Below are positions 36,814 through 49,000 of a DNA stretch of 64,000 nucleotides, in pieces. This stretch comes from Phoronis australis (taxonomy: Eukaryota; Animalia; Phoronida): NCBI GenBank assembly GCA_002633005.1, contig NMRA01000996.1, positions 11,271 to 75,270 on the forward strand, given 5' to 3'. The notes beneath the pieces are model-generated. The model did no database searches and was not told where the DNA came from. It worked only from the letters and a program-made list of their open reading frames with translations. Numbering within the stretch: the first letter of the stretch is position 1; every line of letters begins with the position of its first letter. Position numbers and translations under genes: made by a program.

Positions 36814-39800
36814 CCATTTTTCATTTTGTAGTTTGCACATCCATAACTCCACTGCTTGATCTGATGGGATAGCATCCGCGTACCCAACCTAAAATATTGG
36901 GGGCTCGAATTCTTCGATATGCGGACCTTTTACTGAAAAAAATCAACGAGGACGACTAGGTTCACACCTGCCACTCATGAATCCGAGCCAAATTTCTGTG
37001 AACTTTTGTCTCGTTTACTCGGACGTTTTATTTCGCTGTGGCGGACCTTTTTGCCCAATTCGAGCCCCCCAGCCCCCCTGGGTGCTTCCATGGATAGAGC
37101 ATTTCAAGGACAATCAGAGTTTTGCGACATATTTCTCTCTATGTCTAATCGTTTTTGAGTTACTCCAAATTTTCCGAGGACTGTTCTGCAAATAACAGAG
37201 TTTTGTACCTACTATCGTCGGCGTCCTTTGACGGATTTGTCAGAAATTTCAGTGGTACGACAGATCTGTCAAGCGATTTCAGCATTACAAAACGCGTTTC
37301 TTCCTGCGACAAACCCTTCTCACGATGTTCAAGATTTGCTGCTTTAACGATTGTTCTTTTATTGACTCATCACTTTTCGTCTGATACACATGAAATTTAA
37401 GAACAACGTTTTTTATTTAGTCAGTGGCTTGAGAGCTTTTACTTTTTGCGAACTCGGACTCGAGATGGCGCTGTGACGACCATTCTAACTCTGACCGAAC
37501 CTTTCCAAATTTGGTTTTTAAATAGATCACCTAACGGTCTATCTAATACGCTGGTGTACTAGGTCCTGTTTGTTGATGATCTTGATTTCGTCGTCGACCT
37601 CAACTTTTTTGTTCAATTTCGCCAAGTGTTACTGCACAAAGAGCTTTGATTTTGATTTGTTTATTCGATGACACACTTGTAAAAGAAAAGAGATATCAAT
37701 AAATATAAATATCCAATACATAATTCAGCGACATTTACTAAACAAATATTAGAATACGCACATTACCAGGATCGAACAATGGATTTGAACGACTGAAAAA
37801 CGGATAAAAACTTCATTCCGTGCTAATTCATACAAAATATACAATATGAACCCGCGCTGTGGTATGAGTATCCCGATTTCGGCTAGTCGGGATACAGCCG
37901 TGTACCTATCAGTTTGGCAGCGAGAGCAAGCGAAAAAGTTGGCAAACCAATGTTTACATAGTCCATCCTTCTTATTGTCTGCGTTCATCTGATAAACGCA
38001 TGGAATCCAGCAATTATGTTGTAAACAGCCCGCCTTACACTAACCAGTATTTAAAAATACTATTTCCAAACTACGTTCAACAAATATCGTGGAGATGTGC
38101 TTTGTATGAAATACCATCACCGAAAAGTTTGAACAGAAAAAAAAACGATCGACTTTCGGAGAAATTAGACTAAACTTTCACCTGCCGATTTCTTTTTGTA
38201 ACTGCAAGCTCCGACCCAGCTTAATACCACAGCGTTGTGTACCCACACAATAGGGTTTTTTTTTGTCAAGTTTAATCGAACGCGATACTAGATTTGATAG
38301 TGATGTTTGAAATTTCTTGGTTTTATGGTGCTGAAATTACCTTGATCGGCAGAATATTAAGTATTCCGACGTATGCGATTCGAGCACATTCTCTCGATCA
38401 GATGAGCCCCGTGCAATACAGTGAAATTCTCTCGATTCTAGAATCTGTTTCTGCTGATAAGGCGCTACCAAAAACAGAACTTTTATGATTTTCTTGAAAA
38501 AACGAAACCGAAATCATAGTTAGAAAACCATAAAAGCTTTGTTGAGGTTGTATCTTGAACATACATGTATATATCAAATGGATTTTGGTCCTAATGTTGA
38601 TGCCGTTGGTTTGCTGTCAATGTACTTTTCTTTTTTTTGATAAATTTTGCCAAAAACACGTGATCACGTGGCTCAGTTAATGTTCACCGTGATTGTTAAA
38701 ACTTTAAAACTGAAATTTAACAGGAATTCCAATTGCAGGAAGTACTTTTACTGAGTTAAGTAAGCAGACTTTTCACAACGCTTGACACTTATTCTCGTGT
38801 CGTCTTTCAGTTTTATTTTGAACTAAGCAAGTTTAGAAAGAATAAACGCATTTAATATTACCCGTCTTTATTATATTAAAATGAAAGGTAACAACCAAGG
38901 TTTTCACGCATCTGCTTAATGTCAATTCAAAACACCTTGGAAGTTCCTGCCACCATAAAATACCTTACTCATGATTACGGAAATACTCGAGCTGTTCCAA
39001 GCATGATTACCCACTCCCAAGTTTGCCCTTTAGAATTAAGGTGGCACTGAACAGTTAGGCTGCAGCCACGGGGCATTTTTTAGTCCCTAGAATTGATGTG
39101 CAGGGCGTATGTCAGGTTTGGCTGGTTGTTCGAGGCAGTTGTTGAAGTTGCCCGGAAAGTGAGTTGTTTGCATTTTTGAATGAGAAAAGCCATTTTTTAG
39201 CCTTGACCCACTTTCCCTGCAAAATGGTGGCTGTCGCTTGCCTTCAACCACTGTTGACTGCTGACCGAGAAAACGGGTGCGATTTCAGGTGGCTGTCAGA
39301 CAGATCCAAATTGCGAAAAAATAGCTAGTAAGGGACGTACTATAGCCACATTTTTAGAATCTAGAGAGTGCGAGCATTCTGAATCTGTAGTCGGATTTTT
39401 CCTAGCACTTGCAGAGATGTGGCAATTTTGGGGAGAAAACTGTCAAATTTGGTGTTTTTTGGTAATATTTTGTGTGACGGGATTTTTTGCCGATGCGAAT
39501 TAACCGGTTAAAAATCTGTGGCGTAAGTAAGTTTCAGTTGTCACGAGTAGTGCTTGTGAGTTGAGAATGCTACAAAACCCTTTGTTTTTTCAGACATTCG
39601 ATTAGCACGTCAGGAAAGGGCCCATCTGTACTTCGGTGAGTGTCGGCAGCAAAAAGCCTGTTGTAACTGTAGGTGTGCCCCCATAGTTGGTTTCGGCCTT
39701 GTAAACAGCTTCTGCAAGTAAGAACTGCGTCGTTGAAACAGTCCATCAACAGCGCTTTAATCTGTGTCCTTTTCCGTGTTCAAAGCATTGATAATCTTTG

Positions 39801-39840
39801 AAGAGCACAGGCGTTATTGGCACCTTTCGTTGACTTTGTA

Positions 39841-40004
39841 TTACGTCAAGGTATCTTTGTTGATCTTCTGAACGTGAGATTTCGGACTTTGCTTCAGGAA
39901 GTGGCAACACAGTTCAAATAAAACAATGCCGATATTTTCAAGAAGTTCAGCGGCCGTGAGCAGGCTTGCCCCAATACACAGTCCAAGATTTCCACCTAAA
40001 TCAG
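39841..40004 (-). CDS. DEG/ENaC exon 8 (TM2, GAS filter, stop)
   Basis: tttgtag|CT GAT TTA GGT GGA...; DLGGNLGLCIGASLLTAAELLE...KDTLT*. Confidence 0.94.
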
Positions 40005-43000
40005 CTACAAATGTACAAAGCAAGACGTTCAAAACCGTAGCATGAATATACTGGGCATGCATCAAATTTAATACAACTGAACAAACATAATATTCATCTG
40101 ACCCTCCAGAGTGTCCATCCTTCATGTTTCTAAGCCAGCAAAATATTTTCATGCTGACAAATATCCTTCTCTTTATTTTGGAAGTATTTAAAAGTGATAT
40201 GGGTAAAACTTCTCCGAACGGAAACATTTTGATTGAAACTTGTTCGGTGTACAGTAATGTGGTTGTCATGTACTGTAAAACCTGAAAACGGTATAGTGAC
40301 GTTGTTTTCATTGTGTTTATAATTTGTCCTGTCCGCAGTGGGGACTGGCTNGAGATGCAGTCAACACCGTTGCTCATTTTCATTCAAACTACAGTTGTTG
40401 CTGCTGCCTAAATCAGTTAAGCTGGTCAGAAAATCACCAATATTTTTTTCAAACTACAGGGCTTTCCTCTCACAGCAACTATTAGACTACGTATCTACGT
40501 ATTCCCTAGAACCGACATTTTCGCAGTCGCTTTTATAGCCGGTCTACCGCACGCTTCTTTGCTGTGCCTATCTCGTAAATGTAAGTGAAGACAACTGATA
40601 TCGTGACTCCCCATAAACTTGCTTACAATAAGCTGAAGTGTATGAAAACTTCAAGCTTTAGATATTACATGCTTCACGAGGCACACTGACGGACTTTTAA
40701 AAGATGTCGTAAAGGATTGCCAACCAGAATTTTCCGTTCGAAAGCAAATGAAATCGTCATTTGGCCTTCACGGCACAGAACTCAGTTGTTAACTGGTTTA
40801 CACTGTATGTGTTTTCCTTGCTGTATGCATGCATTGGAACGCAACTGAAAAATTAGTACGCCATAGTACACTATTAGTATTCTACATGTATACGGAACAC
40901 GTCGGGGAATTGGCAAAAACATCCTTAGCAATGTCAATTTGTGTAGGGGAACGAAGAAAGTGTATAGAGAATGTAAAACAAAACTCAAGGTAAAAGCCAC
41001 ATGATGGGCACTGATCATGGTGTAGTATTCACTTTCCTGAATACGACAGGGCCCTCTCTCTTTCTTTGGCAATGAGGCCAGTTTTCGTGTACAACTGTTC
41101 ACTGCAGCCGCGCTGGTCATTCGACATTATGGTGTTAAAAAGGCTTAAGTGTTGCATGGTGAGTTACAATGACGCCAAAACTTTTTGGAAAGTTGGTTGA
41201 CACGCGATAAATTGTTCACTTGTGTGTCAGCCACCTCACTTTTAGAAAAAAGCGTTTTTACCTCCGGAAAGTGGAGAGTCGAATCCGGTGTGTGAGAATT
41301 GGTGGCGATGGAATGACCACTCATTTACATGTAACTGAGTCGCAAAGAGCAGCAATTAATTCGGGTGAATTGAGCATTGGGAACAAAAGACACGTATCAT
41401 CCTCATGTTATAAGTTGAACGTAGGATTCAGAAGGAACACAATGCTTCCGAATTTGCTCTACATGTACATTACCCACAATTACTTACTGAAGAAATTCAT
41501 TGAGTCGTAACTTGGCACTTGTTCCACGAGGTCATAGTTAAGCTTTTCAAAAAATATGCGAAGTTCAAGAAAGTTTTCCCTAAAATGAAATGAACAACAG
41601 TTAATTACTTACATCAGAGTCTTCAATTTTAAATAACAGTGTGGGTTTAAAATTAAAACAGTGCCGTAATTCTGACGCCACGAGCCCTGTTTCCAAATGT
41701 GGAGAGGGTATCGCGCGAAGACTTAAACATTTCTTCACAGTCTGTGGGAAGTGGGGTTGCCAGGATGCACGTGCCTTCCAATAATTTGCAGGCGTCAGCT
41801 TGGGTTAAAACCGACCGACATAGAGCCTGAGACAAGGAAAAGTCATTGGGCCAGAGACAGGGGAGAGTCAAGAAAGGGAGAAGTGAAATATGCAGAGAGA
41901 CATTTTAAGAAAACATTTGTCAGCCTGAGGTCATAACCAGGTCATATTTGCAGCAAAGATTATCTAAGAGGAATTGAAAGTGTGTTCTTAACCATACGCA
42001 TGCTGTTTCAAAATACCAGGAATGAAACCTGTTATGTATAGAATTTCCAGAGCAGGTTGATTAATAGTTCAACAACACTGTTTTAAAGCAAATCTAGAGA
42101 CCCCTATCGGACAGCAAGGGATAATCACCAGACGCTCCCTGCTCTGTTTCATTGAGGTTGTACTTGTATGTTCCTTCATACAAACTGGGAACCTGACGGA
42201 AAGATGTCATGATAATAGCATCAACAGCTGGTCATTTCCTGTTTTTAAAATCATATATCGTTTCATATTTAGGGGCCACGAGGGGGGGGGGGCGTCGTTG
42301 GCCACATTATTCGTTTTTAAATTATAACATTTCAATTGACACAGTCGTTTATGCCAAAAAGATCACTTTATGGAGGGTCACCCAATGACTGCATTTTTTA
42401 AATGTCACTCTGTTCCAGTTTTTTAAAAACATAAATGTATCATTTCATATTCAAGAGCCTCCTTCAAACGTGGTCCGCTCTTGGAGGGGCGCTTCTGTGC
42501 ATATGGCTACCCCCACCCCCTTTTAATCCGGCACTGTCTACTATTCACGAGGGAAGCAAATGTAGATAAAATTGCAGTTGGTTGAAAAGATACAGATCAT
42601 TTTTGTGTGAAGTACGTAAACATCAAGTTATGTTGCCCAATGGACAAAAATGTGCCGAAGACTATTGAAATAAACAAGTATCGACCACCACCGAAAAGAT
42701 GTATTTGAATATCATCATTATTTATCATACCACTGAACAGTGATTTTTGTAGCATAATTTCGAAATTGCCCTCAACCATTGGAAGTGAAAAATGTGAAAA
42801 TAGGGAGTGTACTGTAATTTAGAACAACGGAGGAAGAACTTTTTGGAAACTGAATTAGTTTGACTGTGCACTTTTTCTTCTGCAGAATTAGTTACTGTAT
42901 ACAAAAAGGCCCACAACTAGACAAATGAAAGCTTAACTTCATTGATACAAATCCAAAGTTAAAACGAACAATCCCCGTGGCCTTTCAGACTTTTTCAATG

Positions 43001-46000
43001 TCTTTAGTAGACCTCAGAGAATCATGACAATTAATGTTCAAGTGTTTTCACTCCAGTTCTGCAAACAGTTGCTAATGGTTACCTGGCAAGTTCTTTTGTG
43101 ATGTTAAAGTCATCCATCAACCTTTGTATCACGTGGTTTCCGGGATACATGGAAGTAGATAGACGATGTTCGTATTGCATTTCATGACAAGGAACGAAAC
43201 AGTTGCAATCGTTTTCAATTGAAGCGTTTCGGGTGTACTCTTCTGAAAACAAGTTGGTTTGTTTTATGAGTTCGCCGTGCAATGATGTATGTTATTTTTT
43301 TCAAAACATGCAAAATTCTCAAACATAAAATTGCATTTGACAACCACGATCAGTGCTGTAGTGGTAGAATTAGAGGTAAGTAGGCGCCCAAATCCAACTG
43401 TATCACTTTGAGCACTGAACGTAACTTACGGTGTGTAGGTGCTACGTTCAAATGCTAAAAGATGATTGGCTGCGCCTACGTGCGCCTACGTGCGCCTACG
43501 CCCTACTTCAGCACTGACCACGATTTAAACCAGTATTTTCTTTACGAAATTTAGTATGGTTCTCTCTACCATCATATATAGCATAAATTCAAAATTTCAA
43601 TGAAAACAGGTTTAGCAAAACAAGGGGAGATATTTTGGAATTTCAAAGTAAAATTTGCCATGTCGTCAGTACAGGATTCTAAAGTAACGGCAACTGAACA
43701 TGTATCTCTAAAGTAACCAGGGATATGCATCCGAGTGTCTGCTTGATATCTCAAACAATCCTGGCCAAATGTTGATGAAATGTGGAAAAAGTGTGTAGGA
43801 CACCAATAGAAAGAAGCATGCCACTTTTTTCATTTGCCCCTCCCTCCAAGAACAGAGGAACAGGGAGTTTCAGCATTATTTTAGGGTGGAGGGTTTCCGT
43901 ATGATATCTAGAGAAATCATGTACGACTTCCAGTGAAACTTGACACATAGTTTTGGGATTACATGTGCCTGCACCAGTCGATTACTCAGCGGATTCGAAA
44001 TCTGCAACATCCCCGAATTGTCATTTTTAGTTTCAACGACAGACTTTATCAGCGCCTTTTGGGAGGAAGAGTGCCTCCGGGAGAATCAATAACCGGATTT
44101 CAATGGAATCTAGCACAGAGGTATGCGGCGGCAGTGCACCGGCAACATTAGATTTTCGGGCAATTTCGTCCACCGCAGCGCCTCCTGGTGGCCATTTTGT
44201 TTGGTTCGTCTGATGTTCATCTGTCTGCTCATTATTTAATAAAGTCATAGCTGGATCAAGATGAAATAGGGCGCAATGGTGAAGGGCATCGTTAGGGAGG
44301 TGCGTGCCACTTTTCACTTTTTCTCGTTGCCGGGGTCAGGATTCGAGGCTCTTCAGTACTTTTGTTTTAGGTAGTTTCAGCATGATACGTAAAAACTGAT
44401 GAAACTTGACAAAAAGGTATGTGAAAAGGCGCCAACACCAATCGATGATGAACGCCACAAGATTTAATCAGATTCCAACAAGTGCACTTCCCGCTATCCC
44501 ATCTCTGTTTCTGCCAAACCTCATGATTGTTCTTTATTACAATAAGTATACTAGACCACTTAATTTTGAGTACCTTTGTAGCATGCTTTGTTTCTTGGTC
44601 GCAAATTTTTATTTATAAACTTTTTATTCGATGATAAATTTAAAGAACATGGTACCAACATTTTTGTCAACTACCCTTGTGTTCAAATTGTCTATTTTTA
44701 CCTTGCATGAGACCAACCCTAGAAACATGACATATGCAGAGCATAAAGCAACGTTTCGCGATGCAATAATTACTAAACGTGTTACAACAAATGGCTCGAA
44801 GAATAGCTCACGATTATGCATGCATGCGGTGGAAGACTGCGCGGTGCCAGCAAAGGATATTCATGACATTGTCCAGCATGCAGTTGTCTGCTGGAGTTTG
44901 GGCTAGTGTTTGTCGTCTCACTGACTATTATTTAAAGCAGATCAGTATGCTCCACACGGTGTGGATGAAAGATTGTAAGATGGCAGTTGGCGATGTACAC
45001 TAGCCGACTTCGATCTCTTGGCAGAGGAGAATTGTGTTTGGATATGACTGAGCGGGTATGCTTTCGTGATAGGTCTGAAGACTGGTGTTGAAAAAGAAGG
45101 AACTGTATAAGATGAACAAATGTTTGTCTTGTCCGATAAGCAAGTGCCTGTGATGTTGAAAACCCAGTGAAGAAGTCTTCAGATTTGAGAGAGCTGATCT
45201 CCAACTAAAAGACATCTGTTTTGCAGCCAATGAAATGCGTAGAAACATTGCACAACTAGTCTTGTGCAAAAATGTTGCCACCTGAGGTAATCTTCCATCA
45301 AGAACTATATACCATGTTATGGTGTTTTATTGGCTGTAAATTGATATATGAAAACAAATACGACATTTGGTATAGAAGGTAGGCATCTACATTAATGATT
45401 ACAATAAAATGATTCATCCGGGCCAGTACTTCCGAGATTTTCAGAAGTTATTATGTAGCCCAATGACATTTTGTACACCTCACGCAACTCACCGTCAGCA
45501 TTTCGATAACATCCAAGCTCTGGTGCATTACAGGTGCGTGCCGGACCTGTCAATTAATAGAAACTTATAATGAAAAGCGATACAGCATTGGGGAATTTTT
45601 TCTGAAGACGGCGTGGTGATTTGGTCTTCAAAGTTTCACTCGGGCTAGAAGGTGGGAAACGATATAAGCTTTGCTCCAACGTGGGACAAAGGCACATCTA
45701 ATTTCGCCGCTAAGATCGATAGGAACGCGAGACGTTGGGATCGCCATCTCCCGGTGCATTTTACTATAATTGTTTATCGTTTTGCCAATTACGGGGTCGA
45801 TATGTAAACGTCAGTCTCCGAAAGGTGGCGCAACTACTAAATAATGGCATTAGATATCTTAATCACGCATATGTTCAAACTACTCATGTTCGTCTGAGTA
45901 CTAACTCATGATAAATGATTGAATAAGTGGTGCTTTTATCTACGTCGGCCGGTGTATCGGGCATACCAATGGCGTAAAGTAACGGGTCCGATGTCCGACG

Positions 46001-49000
46001 ATGGAGCCTCAGTTTATGCCGTTTCCACCTATGTTCAAGTTATTTTGAAACCTTAAACTTACTTTACGTTGGATAGCTAGTAAGATTTTTGGTGACTTAG
46101 ACAAATGCGTTACTAGTATGGAAACAACGATGCTTCCCGATTTCCGGTATATTTTCTTGCTTGCAAATGCTTTGTCGTTCACCTGATTTCCTAGGTTAAA
46201 TAATATTCACTTGGATAAACTTTCGACTTGGTACAGCGATACGTAGTGCTTTACCGTGAATGTCCATTGCATTATATCAATGAACAAGAAATTTTAGTAG
46301 TCATAAAACGATGATTTTTACTGCTTCCTATGCTTTTGTACGCGAACTGAATGCCATGACAACACTTACCTGGATCGTACATGTAGATGTATTTGCACCC
46401 GCATTTCTGTTTAGTGTAGTTAGCGCGACACTCTCTACGACACCCCGTCAAACTGTAGGGTTTGTAGTTTTCCAAATGGTTCACAAAATCTTCTTTGGTA
46501 GTGTTCTTGCATTTCCCACCCTCATATGGCAACGGGAGAGACTTTATCTGCAATTGATGTAGGGATCGCAAAGGCATGTTTTTATGTATTTTAGGTATTG
46601 AGGTCTTACTTTCGAATTAACCCACGGGGAATGCAAGGCACATTCGGTTTCAGGGCCGAAACTTGCAATGTAGGGATACGATAGATTCTTGAGGTTATTA
46701 ACATAGAACAAACCAATGTAACACGAACACCTGGGCTCGGTCTCCAATCTTTTTACTCGAAATGGAACTCAAAATTAGTTTTGGCATTTTCTATTCTACT
46801 TTTGGGCGAACTCAAGAGAAGTGTCTATTATTCTATGCTCGAGTACACAATAACTTACGTAGATAATTTATTGCCCTTAGTTCACAGTTTGTAAACCCAA
46901 TATTAAAGCAATAATTTCGAGTTTGAACTCGAAATTTCGAGTTTTTACTCGAGTTTATAGCACGAACATAAGGGTCTTCAAGGGCAAACTTGAACTAGAA
47001 ACTCCTATGCATACACTGTAATGTATTCGAGCACAGTCTGATAACCAAGTATCTTAAGTTCGCACAAAAGGAGCAGAGAAATTGCCAAAAATAGTTTCGA
47101 GTTCGCTTCGAGTACAAAGATTAGAGACCGGGCCGTGGTGTACCCGGAAGGTGAGGTAGGGATTACCGATGCCTCCCTGGTTGTACTAGTCCTACAGTAA
47201 TACCACGGTGGGTAATTTGTTTGCAGAAAGTATCCAATGAACTCCGGTACATTTTCGTGATTTCATTAGAAGTATCAAATTCCTCAAGTACATTGAGGCA
47301 TCCAGCCACTATATCTGCACTGAATCGAAGCCTGTGACCTCGTGTGCTCTTTGAAATGAACAGCGGTTGTCGAGTAGTCCAAGTAGAACTGCAGTCCAGG
47401 CGTGCGTTCAGTTGACGCTAGGTCCTACGGTAGGACCTAGCGAAAACCTAGTCAAAGTCACGTGTTCTCATTTACATGTAAAATGCGCAGCAATATCTCA
47501 CGTAATCTCGTGAAGTCTTGCTCTTTAGCGAGGTCCTTGCGTTACTGAACGGGAGGCAGGTTAACGTGGGCTCGTTTGTCATCCAAGCACTTTATATCCC
47601 TAGTATCAGTGAGTTTGTGTCGGTAGAGCAACCTTCGAATTGACCAACAAGTCAACTCGAATACCGATATCTACATGTAGACGTACGTCATTATGAAGAT
47701 TTGTACGTGCCACGTACAAATCTTCATAATGACAACAAACAACTTGCCTCGTACGCTAAATCAAACTCAGCAGTAAACAAGCGCCATTATTACACTTTAC
47801 TTAACTGTACCTCTTTGATCTGCACTGAGACAAAAGTTTCCTGTCCGGGACTTATGGCAAACCCAAGTTCATTAACGAGTGGTTCTTCGTCGTGGTTGTG
47901 CAGAGCAACCTATAAGTAATCAACATCAAACAATGTTAACTGGGACAACGCCAGTTCAAGCTGTGTGAAATGGACGGTTTCTCTTTCATCTTTACTACCT
48001 TAAATCGATGCAAAATTTAATCTTAAACCTTCAATTTCACTATCACCACTTATCAGTAAGGCGTTAAAGCAAAAGCAGCAGATAAATGTATGTTGCCCGT
48101 CTTGGTGCATAATAAGACGTTCATGAAAGACACCGTATAAATATTTCTTACACTCACTTTATAACCGGCTGAGTTAGAATCTCCATAAATATACAGATTG
48201 TGTTCCACGTTCATTTCCAGCCACAAACCATTGTTAGTTCCACTGCGTGACGTATTCCATGTCCCATTGGAATTGAACTGAAAACACAACCCGAAATCCG
48301 TGACGACGCGTTTGAATTCTTTCTCAATGTCTAGATTCACACCTTTGAACCTAGCAACGTAAATCGAATCGCGAATCTGATGACCAGCTATTTTGGCAAA
48401 CTCCAAATATTGTGAGCCGTTTACAAGAGGTGCATATAGAGGGTCCGTCCAGTCAAATTGCTGCTCGCGGTCTTCTTCTGTTACGGGGTAGACGTAACGG
48501 AGTATATCTATCAACCCTGGTTGTGCAAGTACATAGGGACTGCGGAATTTGTTGAAGTTGCAAAAGGTTACAGTCGGAAACTTGGCGGTCTGCGTGTACT
48601 CGACGTGCAGCTTTGTTTGCACGGGGTTCCTCATGAGAGTTTGGTATGCGTTATTCACGTTAATCACCAGCCACGTGAAACTGCCCACGAACATCAAGAA
48701 CCATACGATTCTGCAACAGATTATATAGGTAATCCTACAATGTCCTTACGATCTCATTTGTAGGCTACAACAGAATTTAAGGTACAGAAACGCTGCTTAC
48801 ACTCGGCAGACTGTATACAGCAACTGGTATGCAATAATCACAAATAGGGTCTGAAACAATGTTCCCTCACCGCATTTATAAACTTGTGCAAACACTGATT
48901 GAACTATCTAGGGGTGTTGTATTTTGGATACTAAGTCCACAATATTTTTGATACTCACCAAGAGTCAACTACAATATCTTTGATTTGTCACCGAGAGCAA

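Larger units (their letters stand above)
33396..40088. repeat. ~3.3 kb direct duplication (33396-36662 vs 36814-40088) across an assembly gap
   Basis: Colinear, highly similar copies with scattered SNPs and indels; copy 2 starts exactly at the gap edge. Confidence 0.93.

Noticed and set aside
42129-42192. Possible extra channel cassette exon (cag|GTTCCC...CTG|gtgatt)
   Set aside because: 64 nt, so it would frameshift; exons 6 and 7 already join in phase.
44620-45290. Cluster of short ORFs in channel intron 5
   Set aside because: No recognisable domain or splice-compatible frame; probably decayed transposon DNA.
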